Below are positions 31,243 to 41,891 of a stretch of DNA of 64,000 nucleotides, one piece after another (position 1 is the first letter of the stretch; each line of letters begins with the position of its first letter). The stretch is from Candidatus Poribacteria bacterium. GTDB lineage: Bacteria; Poribacteria; WGA-4E; WGA-3G. The stretch covers positions 4,416,001 to 4,480,000 of the forward strand of contig OZ243938.1 of assembly GCA_965214095.1 (NCBI GenBank), in the 5' to 3' direction. The position numbers and the translations under genes were made by a program. The notes under the pieces were generated by a model that did no database searches, was not told the origin of the DNA, and saw only the letters and a program-made list of their open reading frames with translations.

Positions 31243-32103
31243 TTAATAAATAGGCACTCCGTTTTCAGATGCAATTCTCCTGACATTAGTATTCGCAAGA
31301 GGGATTTTTTCATTTGGCAGATGTTCAATTAACCCGTAACCATCAGGATAGAGAGCATCATGCCGCTTCAATGCAACACTCAATTCCAATTCCCCCTCAC
31401 CAGGAACTTCCTCATTCAGATGCAAAACTAATCCTTTTTCAACACGGATATCCTTAATATGTGCCATCGGTGCGACCGGTCCCATAACATCAAAAATATG
31501 ATTAAGCCTCTCTTCACTATCGTAAACCTGTCTCAGTGTCTGAAAATGATTCACAAAATCCATCACGATCCGCAACCTATCTGAACCGACCTTCTCAACC
31601 ACTTCTCGGCAAGTTTCAGGTGAATCCATTATTGAGACTGCATGTGTCTCCATGACAAGCGTCAATTCCACGCGTTCCGCATGCGCTGCTATCGGTTTTA
31701 ATGTCTCAATTAACCTCTCCATCGATTCTGGTAAGTAGTTATCACGATGCGATGTCCACGCCCCCTCCGGATTTAGACTTCCCGGACGGAATAGGTAATG
31801 AAACGCACCGAGATCCTTCGCCACTGGCATACCACAATTCACTGCTTCAATCGCTGCTTGACGAACAGAAGGATTCGGATCAAACAAGCATTCCGAATAA
31901 GTTATACCAAATTGTACCAGATCAAGGTCTGCTTTTGCAAGGAGAAAACGAAATTGTTCACATTCATCTGCGGAAACCTGTGGGATATTAGCACTTGCAA
32001 AGTGGTAACTAATCCCTGTGAACTGCAATTCCTTAACTGCATCAATTTCCTGCTGATTTAACTTTCGAAAATCGCTCACTATGCCAACGACACCAAGTCT
32101 CAT
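31243..32103 (-). CDS. Sugar phosphate isomerase/epimerase (xylose-isomerase-like TIM barrel)
   Basis: LVMETH, MDFVNH, AHIKD, PGEG, LIEH. Confidence 0.88.
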   Translation of the reverse strand: MRLGVVGIVSDFRKLNQQEIDAVKELQFTGISYHFASANIPQVSADECEQFRFLLAKADLDLVQFGITYSECLFDPNPSVRQAAIEAVNCGMPVAKDLGAFHYLFRPGSLNPEGAWTSHRDNYLPESMERLIETLKPIAAHAERVELTLVMETHAVSIMDSPETCREVVEKVGSDRLRIVMDFVNHFQTLRQVYDSEERLNHIFDVMGPVAPMAHIKDIRVEKGLVLHLNEEVPGEGELELSVALKRHDALYPDGYGLIEHLPNEKIPLANTNVRRIASENGVPIY

Positions 32104-32107
32104 TGTG

Positions 32108-35100
32108 TTATTCTCCCTTCAAAGCCTGTAACAACTCAAATGCATCGGTCAGATCAGCTGTTTCAAAGCCTTCTGTAAACCAATCATAGATAGGATTGAG
32201 CAGGTTGTATGCTTCCTCGTGTCTATTCTGTGTCATCATGAATCTACAATAACTGACAGCAGTTCGGAGTTCCCATGATTTTGCAGACTGATTACGAGCA
32301 ACAGTCAACGATTTCTCAAAACAGGTTTCTACAAAGCGGTTAAGCTGTGATGCACAGTCAGATTTCTCACTCTTTTCTAAATCAGTTGATGACTTCTCCC
32401 AATCAGATTTTAGTAAAAGCTCCCCATTCAGTCTATAGAGTTCTGCTTCATTAATACGTATCCCACTCTCTTCAACGAAATCAAGTGCTATTTCTATAGT
32501 CTGAAGTCCTTCTTCAACCATTCCACGTTGTTCATAAGCCTGTGCTAAAATCCCAAGATAGACAGGACTCAATATTCGTGAAAGGTTATCCTCCCATTCT
32601 GTAAATCCTTCACGAATTAAAGCAATTCCTTCTTCATGTGAGTTCTCAGAATGTTGTTGAAGTGCCCAACCTTTGAATATTTTACCAGTCGGTTCCCACA
32701 CTGAAAAACCGTGTTCTCTGCACATCTTGAGTAGGTCTGTCCCGTACTCATCAACCTTCTCTGTTTCACCACGTTGTTGATATAACAATGCTCCAAATTG
32801 TAAAGAGACAACCTGACTGAACGGATGAGGTCTTTCCTCACCCATCTGTTGTGATGCTTGCAGTTGTGATAATGCTTGTTCTGGATACCCCATACACCAC
32901 ATCAAAGGTGCAGCATAAGCACGTAATGTCATTCCCGGATCAGCGAGATAGTAAAAAAACGCATCCACTGGGTGTTGATGCAGATCATACTTTTCTATTC
33001 CCGCTTCAACATGAGCACGTGCCGTCTTTAACTCACCTTCATAGAATAGCGTTGCCCCTAAAGCACGATGTGTTTCAACTTCCAACACTGGATTCTCTTG
33101 CTGTTGCGCCATCACTAAACACTGTTCACCAAGTTCACGAGCAGTTTGTAATTTTGCCCTTACCAAATAGGAGAGCCATAAACCAAACAAAATTGGGAAT
33201 CTGAGTAACATGCGTTCGTTGTTCGGCATAGTTTCCAAGAGCTCCTTAGCACGCAAGTATGTTTCTTCTACTTCAATAGCAGCATAACCCTTGGTTGCAA
33301 TAAGTGCCGGTCCCAATGTAGTTTGAAGTACTAATTCACGTGCCGCACGAGCAGGTGTTTCATGCATAGTTTCTAACAAGGACAAACCTTGTGACAAGTG
33401 ACGAACACCTTCAACATTTGCTGATCTTTCTACAGCGTGTTGACCTGCTTGTTGCCAGAATTCAATTGCCCGATCGAACATTCCCCCTTCAGTGTAATGA
33501 TACGCAACGAATTCCGGTTGTGCTTTAACGACTTCGCCGAATGATTTACGTAATACTGTCGCAATCCGACGGTGGTATGCTTGACGTGTGCTTTTTAACA
33601 ACGCCTGATACGCTGTTTCTCGAATTAACGGATGCTTGAATCTATAAATCCGTTTATTCTCAGGACTTTGACGAGATCGCAATATCTCTGCTTCTACAAG
33701 TTTCTGCAATTCTTTGTCAACCCAAGTGAGATCTCCTTCTTGGTCTTCATTTATACTAACAGGTGTGAACTGATCTGGATATGCAAGAAATTCACCTTCC
33801 TCTGGTTCTTCTGTCATACTCACGATAACCTTATGTAATAGTCCTGCTGTCCATTCTCTGCCAAGGGTCGCACCAAGTTGTATAAGTTCTTTACGTGCCC
33901 CTAAACGATCAAGCCTTGCTGTCAGCGATGCTTGAAGCGTTGCTGGTATTTCTGTTGACACATCTATATTTTCCAGTTCGGTTTCAAGTGCCATTCGTGT
34001 TATTTCTTCTATGAATAATGGCACTCCTTCTGTTTTAGTTGCAATTTGTTTCGCGATTTCAGCGGGGATAGTTTGATCGCCTGCTACCTTTTCTATCATC
34101 AGTGAAACCTGTCTACGGTTCAACCGTTTTAACTTCATTTGAGTTACCCAATCCAATTCAGTAAGGGTATTAAGCATTGCCCTGCCATCTAAATGTGAGT
34201 TTTCTTGGTGTAACCCAATTTCATCACGAGAAGTCAGTATGGCAAACAGCGGTGCAGATTGCACACGTGAAATTAATAGGTGTAGAAATTCGAATGTAGA
34301 AGGATCTGCCCAATGTAAATCTTCAACTATTAGCAATAAAGGTTCGCGTTGAGAGGATTTAAGGAAAATCTGCACAAGGGATTGCAAAGTCCTACGACGC
34401 TGCTGCACAGGTTTTAAGTCCACTCTTTGATAGTCCGCTTCTATCTCCAACAGTTCTGCCAAAAGCGGCAACATATTCGGTGACATCTCAAGTGAATTCA
34501 GAAAGTGTTCCAGTTTATTCAGTCGGATGTACCCTGGTTCCGATTCGCCAAATCGCAACAGTTGTTGCCGCAATAACGTCAAAATCGGATACAAAGGACT
34601 ATTCTGTGAATCAGGTGAACCACGGCATTCCAAAATTTGTGCGTTGTTTTCAACTGCTTGTTCTGCAATCACTGTGACTAAACGAGTTTTGCCGATACCT
34701 GCTTCACCCTCTATCAACACTGCTTGACCTTCAGCCTCAGTTGTACGTTTCCATAATGTCTTCAAAGTCGTGATCTGTCGCGTTCTTCCAATTAATGGGG
34801 TTACACTGCTGCTCTGTGAAGGTGTTTCCTGATCACCTTGGAAAACGAGAAATGTTCCTTCAGGGTGTTCACTAAGAATTTGATAGATAGAAACGGGTTG
34901 AGCAATCCCTTTCAAGGAAATTGTCCCCATATCCTGGTATGTAAAATGCCCTTCAATCAATCTGAGTGTTGTCTCACCGACTACGATTCCGTTCGGTGGT
35001 GCAACTTGCTGCATACGCGCTGCTATGTTCGGTGTTTTACCAACAATATCTATTGCTTCAACACTATATCTTTCAAGGGTTGAAATATCACGACCTGTCT

Positions 35101-35596
35101 TAACTGTTGGCATTCCTACTTCCCACACTACAACCAAGCCAGTGTCAATACTCAACCGCACCTGTATTTTGATTCCAAAAGTAGTCAGTAAACGAGAATT
35201 TAGCTTTTCTAAACCAGCAACAATCCCTAATCCCGCTTGAACTGCCCTGCGAGTTGCATCTTCATGTGCTATCGGATAACCGAAGTAGACTAAGATACCA
35301 TCACCAAAGTAACGTGCAATATGTCCATCATATTCTAAAACAACATCAGCGACAGATGCACGATAAGAATCCAAGACCTGACGCAAATCCTCTGGATCCA
35401 GTTGTTCGGTCAAAGCTGTAGAATCAATGACATCACAAAACAGGACACTCAATTGCCGTCTTTCTGCTTTGCCAATAGGAGGACTATTTAGTGAGGTGTC
35501 TGAATTATCAAGTCTGTGACCACATTCACCACAATACTTGACAGCAGGATTCATAAATCCGCAATCAGAACACCGTTTTTGCATCAGGCTTTTCAT
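32108..35596 (-). CDS. Class III adenylate/guanylate cyclase with Zn ribbon, AAA/STAND ATPase and TPR-like C-terminus
   Basis: CSDCG..CGECG; AERRQLSVLFCD; YFGDG; GKTPNIAARMQ; GEAGIGKT; VEDLHWAD; GVPLFIEE; FKHPL; WFTEGFET. Confidence 0.93.
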   Translation of the reverse strand: MKSLMQKRCSDCGFMNPAVKYCGECGHRLDNSDTSLNSPPIGKAERRQLSVLFCDVIDSTALTEQLDPEDLRQVLDSYRASVADVVLEYDGHIARYFGDGILVYFGYPIAHEDATRRAVQAGLGIVAGLEKLNSRLLTTFGIKIQVRLSIDTGLVVVWEVGMPTVKTGRDISTLERYSVEAIDIVGKTPNIAARMQQVAPPNGIVVGETTLRLIEGHFTYQDMGTISLKGIAQPVSIYQILSEHPEGTFLVFQGDQETPSQSSSVTPLIGRTRQITTLKTLWKRTTEAEGQAVLIEGEAGIGKTRLVTVIAEQAVENNAQILECRGSPDSQNSPLYPILTLLRQQLLRFGESEPGYIRLNKLEHFLNSLEMSPNMLPLLAELLEIEADYQRVDLKPVQQRRRTLQSLVQIFLKSSQREPLLLIVEDLHWADPSTFEFLHLLISRVQSAPLFAILTSRDEIGLHQENSHLDGRAMLNTLTELDWVTQMKLKRLNRRQVSLMIEKVAGDQTIPAEIAKQIATKTEGVPLFIEEITRMALETELENIDVSTEIPATLQASLTARLDRLGARKELIQLGATLGREWTAGLLHKVIVSMTEEPEEGEFLAYPDQFTPVSINEDQEGDLTWVDKELQKLVEAEILRSRQSPENKRIYRFKHPLIRETAYQALLKSTRQAYHRRIATVLRKSFGEVVKAQPEFVAYHYTEGGMFDRAIEFWQQAGQHAVERSANVEGVRHLSQGLSLLETMHETPARAARELVLQTTLGPALIATKGYAAIEVEETYLRAKELLETMPNNERMLLRFPILFGLWLSYLVRAKLQTARELGEQCLVMAQQQENPVLEVETHRALGATLFYEGELKTARAHVEAGIEKYDLHQHPVDAFFYYLADPGMTLRAYAAPLMWCMGYPEQALSQLQASQQMGEERPHPFSQVVSLQFGALLYQQRGETEKVDEYGTDLLKMCREHGFSVWEPTGKIFKGWALQQHSENSHEEGIALIREGFTEWEDNLSRILSPVYLGILAQAYEQRGMVEEGLQTIEIALDFVEESGIRINEAELYRLNGELLLKSDWEKSSTDLEKSEKSDCASQLNRFVETCFEKSLTVARNQSAKSWELRTAVSYCRFMMTQNRHEEAYNLLNPIYDWFTEGFETADLTDAFELLQALKGE

Positions 35597-35646
35597 AATA
35601 TCTTATATGAATATCTATAGTCTACAGTCTCCGATTTCACTGGTAG

Positions 35647-36369
35647 CTAATATCCACTCTTAAATTGATGGAGATATTCGGCAAGCTCCGTATCATTCGG
35701 CTGGCGTTTGTAAGCATCTCGTAAATAATTAACACCTTTATCTATAATGCCGATTTTCATATAGAATGAACCGAGATTACGATAAGGTTTCGCATAGGTA
35801 GATTTCAAATCTATTGCTCTGAGATAATATTCCTTTGCATATAAGAAATGCTCTTTTGTAGGTCCAACTAAAATATTCAGTGTTGTCATTGTGCTTCCGT
35901 AAAAAGGAAATACCGATGCCCCTCTCGCTTTGGCTTCCTCCAGAACCACTTTTGCTATTTCAGACGAATCAGTATTAACTCTAAAATAACCCGACTCCAC
36001 ATTTTGTAAAGCAAGTTCAAGTTCTGTAATCGCCTCTTGTTCGGAACCGTTCAAATCAATATCATTCCATGACGGCCATTCCGGTCCTGCATTCTTCAAG
36101 CCAAGATCGTAATGAACAGCACCAAGGTCATTACATACTTCCGCATTATTTGGGCGTAACTCTAATGCTTCCTCGTAATATCGGATCGCTTGTACGTATT
36201 GCTGTGATGCATAAGCATTCTGAGCATCAAACCGGATTGAACGAAAATTATGACTTTCCTCAGTGCCTTCTGAGATGGTTTGTGTATTCTTCCCTCCAAC
36301 AAAATGTATAGAGAGAATAACTACTAAAGAGAGACAAACAATAATGATGATAGGTATCTGCATTTTCAT
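35647..36369 (-). CDS. Membrane-anchored tetratricopeptide-repeat protein
   Basis: N-terminal hydrophobic helix; AIRYYEEALELRPNNAEVCNDLG and YRNLGSFY TPR motifs. Confidence 0.8.
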   Translation of the reverse strand: MKMQIPIIIIVCLSLVVILSIHFVGGKNTQTISEGTEESHNFRSIRFDAQNAYASQQYVQAIRYYEEALELRPNNAEVCNDLGAVHYDLGLKNAGPEWPSWNDIDLNGSEQEAITELELALQNVESGYFRVNTDSSEIAKVVLEEAKARGASVFPFYGSTMTTLNILVGPTKEHFLYAKEYYLRAIDLKSTYAKPYRNLGSFYMKIGIIDKGVNYLRDAYKRQPNDTELAEYLHQFKSGY

Positions 36370-36471
36370 TTTATATTCTCCAAGGTCAATTTACAATTGG
36401 TGATGTTCCATCAATTCCTCACAACTTTCTGTTACATTTCTGATAAATCTTACAAGTTTCCTAAAAAACAC

Positions 36472-37908
36472 TTATCTCCTTCGAATGTTTCTATAAAATC
36501 TAACTTGTATATAATCCTCTTTCCCGTTTCTCACATAGTGTAGTATAATTTCACTTGGTGCATGTATCTGCTCATCTACTAACTTAAAGAATTCAAGTGA
36601 ATGAATGGCAAGGTTATCAATTTTGAAAATGAAATCACCTTTCTTGAGTTTCCCATGCAAGTTATTATCTTTATCAATATCTGAGATGATTACACCTTGT
36701 CTATTATACTCTTGTAAAACCTCTTTATCCGGCTGCTTAAATGTGATCCCACCCCATCTTTGTGGTGTATATTCCCATTCCAGTTGTTTAAATTTCAATA
36801 CAGTTTCTCTCCATTTGTCCCGACGGATGTATTCACACTCTATAGGTTCATTAAGCGGAAGCATACGAAAAATTGCCTTAAAATCATTCTTGTCCTTGAC
36901 TCGACGACCAGATATTGACCATATTATATCACCACGTCTTATTCCCGATTCAGCAAAAGGACTCTTTTTTTCAATTTCCGATACTAAAACACCGCGAGAG
37001 AAAGTTGATTGCCTAGCCTCTTCTTTCCCAAAGAGTTTTTCTGCCATGTCCTCGTTGACAGATTGAATTTCTGCACCAAGATAGGGTGGTATTACACTTC
37101 CGTGTTCAGTAATCTTTTCAATGACGTGTCTTGCTTTATTTGCAGGAATAGCAAAACCAACACCTTGAGATCCTCCGCTTGTTGAACGAATGACAGTGTT
37201 AATACCAATGAGTTCTCCATTAACATTTACCAATGCACCGCCACTATTTCCCGGGTTAACTGAGGCATCGGTTTGAATAAGTGCTTCGTAGTAGCGCGGT
37301 TCCACTGTTAGCGAACGTTTCGTAGCACTGATGATACCAATTGTTACTGATGGTTGTGCGTTCCCAAGGGATAGTCCGAACGGATTCCCAATAGCCAGTG
37401 CCCATTCACCAATCAGTAGATTGTCGGAATCGCTCCACTCAATATGAGGTAAATCTTCCTTTGTATCAACTTTTAGTAAAGCCAAGTCCGACAGAAAATC
37501 ATAACCAATGATCTCTGCTTTAAACTCTCGTCCATCAGCGATTGCAATCCTGATTTCTTCTGCTTGTTCTATAACATGATAGTTAGTAAGGATATGTCCA
37601 TCTTTGCTTATTATTACTCCTGATCCCACTTCACGTAACTTACGTTTTGGAGTAGGAGGAAGTTCCCACATAAATTCTCTTAATATCCATTCATCAAGAG
37701 AAGTTCGTTGAGTCCGTGTTGCACTAATATTCACAACGGCAGGACTTGCCCGTTCCACAGCATTGACTATCGCTGTTCGTCGTGATTGTGTAACAGCATC
37801 CTGAATGTCTTGCTCAGTATATTCATCTGATACATCAGATTGAAGCAAAATCACAAAGAACACGGATATTGCCCCAAGCAATAAAAGAAAAAGTCGTCTA
37901 TATCTCAT
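36472..37908 (-). CDS. HtrA/DegP-family trypsin-like serine protease with PDZ domains
   Basis: GSGVII, LTNYHV, DLALLK, IQTDASVNPGNSGGAL, GFAIP; two PDZ-like regions. Confidence 0.93.
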   Translation of the reverse strand: MRYRRLFLLLLGAISVFFVILLQSDVSDEYTEQDIQDAVTQSRRTAIVNAVERASPAVVNISATRTQRTSLDEWILREFMWELPPTPKRKLREVGSGVIISKDGHILTNYHVIEQAEEIRIAIADGREFKAEIIGYDFLSDLALLKVDTKEDLPHIEWSDSDNLLIGEWALAIGNPFGLSLGNAQPSVTIGIISATKRSLTVEPRYYEALIQTDASVNPGNSGGALVNVNGELIGINTVIRSTSGGSQGVGFAIPANKARHVIEKITEHGSVIPPYLGAEIQSVNEDMAEKLFGKEEARQSTFSRGVLVSEIEKKSPFAESGIRRGDIIWSISGRRVKDKNDFKAIFRMLPLNEPIECEYIRRDKWRETVLKFKQLEWEYTPQRWGGITFKQPDKEVLQEYNRQGVIISDIDKDNNLHGKLKKGDFIFKIDNLAIHSLEFFKLVDEQIHAPSEIILHYVRNGKEDYIQVRFYRNIRRR

Positions 37909-37963
37909 AATGTAATAAGAACTTGGTCATAGATTATATTTTGTGTCTATCAATATAGAAAAT

Positions 37964-39340
37964 CTATACCTTCAGTTTCAAAGAAATGCGATAGCCTTCC
38001 AAACCTGGATCATTATCAACAATCTCCTGAACATCTGATTTCGTCCTACGTTTCGCAGGAAAGTCATCTGCGTCTGCACAGCGTAGAGCAATCCTTGCCC
38101 CGACTGAACTTGCACGTCGTAAGTTGTCCAATTCCACCTTTTCAAGTGTATCATAAGCAGTATGTCCAAATCCGCGTCCTGATGGTGCTGAAGTCGGATC
38201 TCCCATGTGGCACGAAGGCACACCTTCAAGGAAAAATGGAAAATGATCAGAGTAGGAATGCACCTTCTGTCCAACAGGCATATCTGCATGTATCTGTTCT
38301 TGTGCTGTCATAAAGAACGGTTCCAACGATTCCCAATGATGCAGGACAATCCCCTTACGACTTTTTCCGCCCGCCGCATCCATATTCAACATAAACCTGA
38401 TATTATCCAATTCATCTGTATGTGCATCAATATACCGAAACGCGCCAGTCAATCCAATTTCTTCAGTTCCAAATGCAATAAATCGGACAGTCCGTTTCAA
38501 TATATCAGATGCATAAGTTGATAAGACCCTTGCTGCTTCTATAACAGAGACCATACCAGAAGCAGGATCGTGTGCCCCTTGTGATATGTCATGTCCATCA
38601 TAATGGCACCCCAAAACCACCATCTCATCAGGATTTTCATTTCCCGGTAGGTCACCGACAACGTTCCAAGATGTGCGTGGTTCATTTATATCTGTAGTTT
38701 GCAGACGCATCACTACTTTGTCATATCGTTCTAAGCACCGCGTCAAAAAATCACCATCTTCTTTACAAACTGATATACCGGGAATAGGAGCAGGTCTATT
38801 GTTCTGTAGACTTCCTGTTTCAGGTCCAACACCGGGGTGTTCACTTACAAAGATGAATGCACTTGCACCACTCAGCACTGCGCGTTCATACTTTTCTTTG
38901 CGATGGACCCATCTACCAAGATCACTTGGAGACGCGCTGCTTGCCATCACAAGTTTTGACGTGGCAGTATCACCGAGTTTGCTGTATTCACCTGGACTTC
39001 CAAAACCAATAGATAGAAGTTCACCGGTAATATCACCTGATGGACAGTAAGGCAGTGAAATACAGTGCATTGTCCGTTCAATGGGTTCAGTTATTGTCAG
39101 TGTAGCATTACCTCGCGTCCATCCTGCATAAGGGTATTCTTCCAATCGGACATCTTTCAAACCATAGCGCGAAAATGTTTCAGAGATAAAAGTTACTGCT
39201 TTATATTCCTCTGGAGTCCCGGCAAAACGTGAACCAAAGTCATCGCACAATACTGTCAGATTGTCCATGACTTCGTTGCTCGTGTAAATATCACCGACCA
39301 TTTGCTGGTCAAGATTTAGATATGGATTACTGTTTTTCAT
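37964..39340 (-). CDS. M28 family metallopeptidase with PA domain
   Basis: GSRFAGT, GCHYDG, GAHDPASG, FGTEEIGL, LNMD, SDHFPF, HTAYDT. Confidence 0.9.
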   Translation of the reverse strand: MKNSNPYLNLDQQMVGDIYTSNEVMDNLTVLCDDFGSRFAGTPEEYKAVTFISETFSRYGLKDVRLEEYPYAGWTRGNATLTITEPIERTMHCISLPYCPSGDITGELLSIGFGSPGEYSKLGDTATSKLVMASSASPSDLGRWVHRKEKYERAVLSGASAFIFVSEHPGVGPETGSLQNNRPAPIPGISVCKEDGDFLTRCLERYDKVVMRLQTTDINEPRTSWNVVGDLPGNENPDEMVVLGCHYDGHDISQGAHDPASGMVSVIEAARVLSTYASDILKRTVRFIAFGTEEIGLTGAFRYIDAHTDELDNIRFMLNMDAAGGKSRKGIVLHHWESLEPFFMTAQEQIHADMPVGQKVHSYSDHFPFFLEGVPSCHMGDPTSAPSGRGFGHTAYDTLEKVELDNLRRASSVGARIALRCADADDFPAKRRTKSDVQEIVDNDPGLEGYRISLKLKV

Positions 39341-39390
39341 ATTCTCCTAATATTGATATTCAATAGTTTAGCAATTTCAATAAACATATT

Positions 39391-40332
39391 CTACTTTACA
39401 TTAAAGGTGGATGAAGTGCCAGGTTCTCCTTGGTCTTGCCCGTTGAGAAATGCTGCTAAATCAAGATCATCATCTGGGATAACAGGTGCTTCTTTTATGG
39501 GAGTTAGTGTTTTGCTTCGTGCATCCGCGATTTTCTTTAACTGCCATGAATTCAATATCTGTATCCGACCCCAATATTTGTCTATAACCTGATACTGTTT
39601 GAAAGTCTTTAATAGTTGATCAATTGTTTCAATAGAAGCTCCAGTTAATCTTGAGAGTCGTTTTGTTGACAATCGAGGGACTAATACAATACCTTTCCTA
39701 TCAGGTGCAGTTGCAAGATTCAGCAATAATAGTGCGAAACGAGAAGAAGTAGTTCTAAATGCAACATTACTAAAAGCATTGAAGTCTTTGCAGTCCGCAG
39801 TTCTGCTCGTATTTAGGATGTTGTGTGAACTAAATTGTCCTTGTTGTTTCCTGTTTCTATCTCTGAGAAATGTCTCTAACAACGTCCTTCGGTGTAGTGG
39901 TAAAGTTAAATGCGGTTTCCGTTTGAGAAAGAATGAAAAATCACGGAATGTCGCAATGCCGATACAAACTTCAGTCAAACATTCTGCATAAGTAAGCACT
40001 TCAGAGTTTTTACGCAGTATCATCTCTTTGTCTGAGAAAACACCAAACATTTCGCCTGTTTCCAGCACCTCTTTAGTCTCTTGCTTCTCCTCCGATTTTG
40101 CATTCATCAAGCGTTTTTCGGTTTTTTCATCGCTATCGTTTGTGGTGTCATCCGTAATCTTTATCCTTCCCTCTTTAATGAAATAAACACCTTCTTCACA
40201 GATGCGTTCCTCATGCTTTAGTTCTTTGTTTGAGAGAATCCGCTCTAAAAAATAGGCATCAGCATCGGAAAGGTCTTCAAAGATGTTTAGTTGTTTTACC
40301 CACCAATATTTTTCTGATATAAATTTTATCAT
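39391..40332 (-). CDS. Crp/Fnr family transcriptional regulator (with insertions)
   Basis: IFEDLS, VYFIKEGRIKI, GEMFG; C-terminal HTH LSTKRLSRLTGASIETID..GRIQILNSWQL. Confidence 0.8.
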   Translation of the reverse strand: MIKFISEKYWWVKQLNIFEDLSDADAYFLERILSNKELKHEERICEEGVYFIKEGRIKITDDTTNDSDEKTEKRLMNAKSEEKQETKEVLETGEMFGVFSDKEMILRKNSEVLTYAECLTEVCIGIATFRDFSFFLKRKPHLTLPLHRRTLLETFLRDRNRKQQGQFSSHNILNTSRTADCKDFNAFSNVAFRTTSSRFALLLLNLATAPDRKGIVLVPRLSTKRLSRLTGASIETIDQLLKTFKQYQVIDKYWGRIQILNSWQLKKIADARSKTLTPIKEAPVIPDDDLDLAAFLNGQDQGEPGTSSTFNVK

Positions 40333-41042
40333 TTTAGTGATTTCTGTGCCATTCCTATCTGTCCCTGAGAAATTTTGACGTAACTCTCATCTATATCACA
40401 CCCAGTAAAATTCCTAAAATTTCTCACCGACGCAACACCCGTAGTACCTGCACCAAGGAACGGGTCTACAACAAGGTCTCCTTGGTTACTATGTTTACAG
40501 ACTAACTCCTCAAACAATGATAGAGGTTTTTGAGTTGGGTGTTGTCTTTTACCTTTATGTCGGGGTATCGGATACTCATAAATTCCTGAGTCATATTCAC
40601 TGTTGAACGTAGGTTTCCCAACCTTGACACCTACTACAGCCATTTCTCTGCTATTTGAAAGATAAGTAGCACGCATATTCAACGGCACAGGATTGGTTTT
40701 CTGCCATATTATCTGACGCATCATTTTGAATCCAGCGGATTCCATCGCATCTTTCACCTTACCTATTTTCCACAGATCATACCAGACGATAGCAGTTCCC
40801 CCACGACGTAAGGATTTATAGAACACATTCGCCATATTATCAAGGTTAATCTCTACATGATCCCAGGGACCAAAGTCCATGCTGACAGCAAATCTCTCCA
40901 CACCGTTCACAACATCAGAAAAGCCAGTTTTTTTGCTAATACAATATGGAGGGTCAGTTAAGACAAGGTCCACTGAACCAACTGGTAACGAATCCATAAA
41001 TTCCTGATAATCCGCAGCCTTGACAGAAAATTCAGTAATCAT
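40329..41042 (-). CDS. Orphan site-specific DNA methyltransferase (N6-A/N4-C, beta class)
   Basis: VDLVLTDPPY (motif IV) precedes HPTQKP and VVDPFLGAGTT (motif I). ATGA overlap with the Crp gene. Confidence 0.92.
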   Translation of the reverse strand: MITEFSVKAADYQEFMDSLPVGSVDLVLTDPPYCISKKTGFSDVVNGVERFAVSMDFGPWDHVEINLDNMANVFYKSLRRGGTAIVWYDLWKIGKVKDAMESAGFKMMRQIIWQKTNPVPLNMRATYLSNSREMAVVGVKVGKPTFNSEYDSGIYEYPIPRHKGKRQHPTQKPLSLFEELVCKHSNQGDLVVDPFLGAGTTGVASVRNFRNFTGCDIDESYVKISQGQIGMAQKSLK

Positions 41043-41064
41043 CTTTGCTAACCTCTTGTCAACG

Positions 41065-41100
41065 GTTTGTAGTCGCGCAATTCATTGCGCCTCTCACATT
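41065..41100 (+). repeat. GTAG-type REP, family B
   Basis: GTTTGTAGTCGCGCAATTCATTGCGCCTCTCACATT. Confidence 0.8.
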
Positions 41101-41155
41101 CACTATCCTTAATGAATTTCCTATCGCAATTTCATTTACCAAAATTGGTATAATA

Positions 41156-41830
41156 TCAGTGTAGGATTCCATACCGAAAGAGGGAAGTAAGAATTTTTGT
41201 CCCTGCTCGGATACTCCCAACAAATGTCCCACTAATTTTTGATGTGCCGATACGTTTCCGATAACTCACAGGTACTTCACACACTTTCATTCCCATTTTT
41301 ACCGCTTTGAGTTGCATCTCTATCGTCCATCCAAAGTTCTTGTCCTGCATATTCAACGTTTTGAGTTTATCATAGCGGATAGCGCGAAATGGACCTAAAT
41401 CAGTATATTTTGCTCCGAAAAAGACACGCATCAGATTTGTTGCAAGTTTGTTTCCAAAACGTGCTTGTGGTAGTAAGGCACCTTTTTCACTCGGTTTTCG
41501 TGTACCTATCACGAATTCTGCTTGACCATCCTGTATTGGTTGTACAAGTGCCGTCATCTCTGTTGGGTCATCACTATAATCACCGTCCAAAAACACTACG
41601 ACATCTGGTGATTGAACGGCAGCTATGCCTGCCAAACATGCACTACCATACCCTCTCCGTGGTTCAGTCACAATCCTTGCACCATATTTACGTGCGATTT
41701 CTACGGTGCGATCAGTACATCCATTGTCAACAACGATTATTTCTCCCACTAACGTTTTAGGTATATCGTTGATGACACTTGATATTGCATCTTCTTCATT
41801 CAACACAGGAATGATAACCGATACGTTCAT
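41156..41830 (-). CDS. Glycosyltransferase family 2 (DPM1-like)
   Basis: VIIPVLNEE, VVDNGCTD, RGYGSA, FLDGD. Confidence 0.92.
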   Translation of the reverse strand: MNVSVIIPVLNEEDAISSVINDIPKTLVGEIIVVDNGCTDRTVEIARKYGARIVTEPRRGYGSACLAGIAAVQSPDVVVFLDGDYSDDPTEMTALVQPIQDGQAEFVIGTRKPSEKGALLPQARFGNKLATNLMRVFFGAKYTDLGPFRAIRYDKLKTLNMQDKNFGWTIEMQLKAVKMGMKVCEVPVSYRKRIGTSKISGTFVGSIRAGTKILTSLFRYGILH

Positions 41831-41891
41831 AGGATTTAATACCGTTAGATGAGTGAAGGCAAATATTGATCAACAAACTACTCAACAAGAA

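Noticed and set aside
40329-41042. Complete restriction-modification or other defence system
   Set aside because: No nuclease or specificity gene is adjacent; the neighbours are a GT2 and a Crp-like gene.
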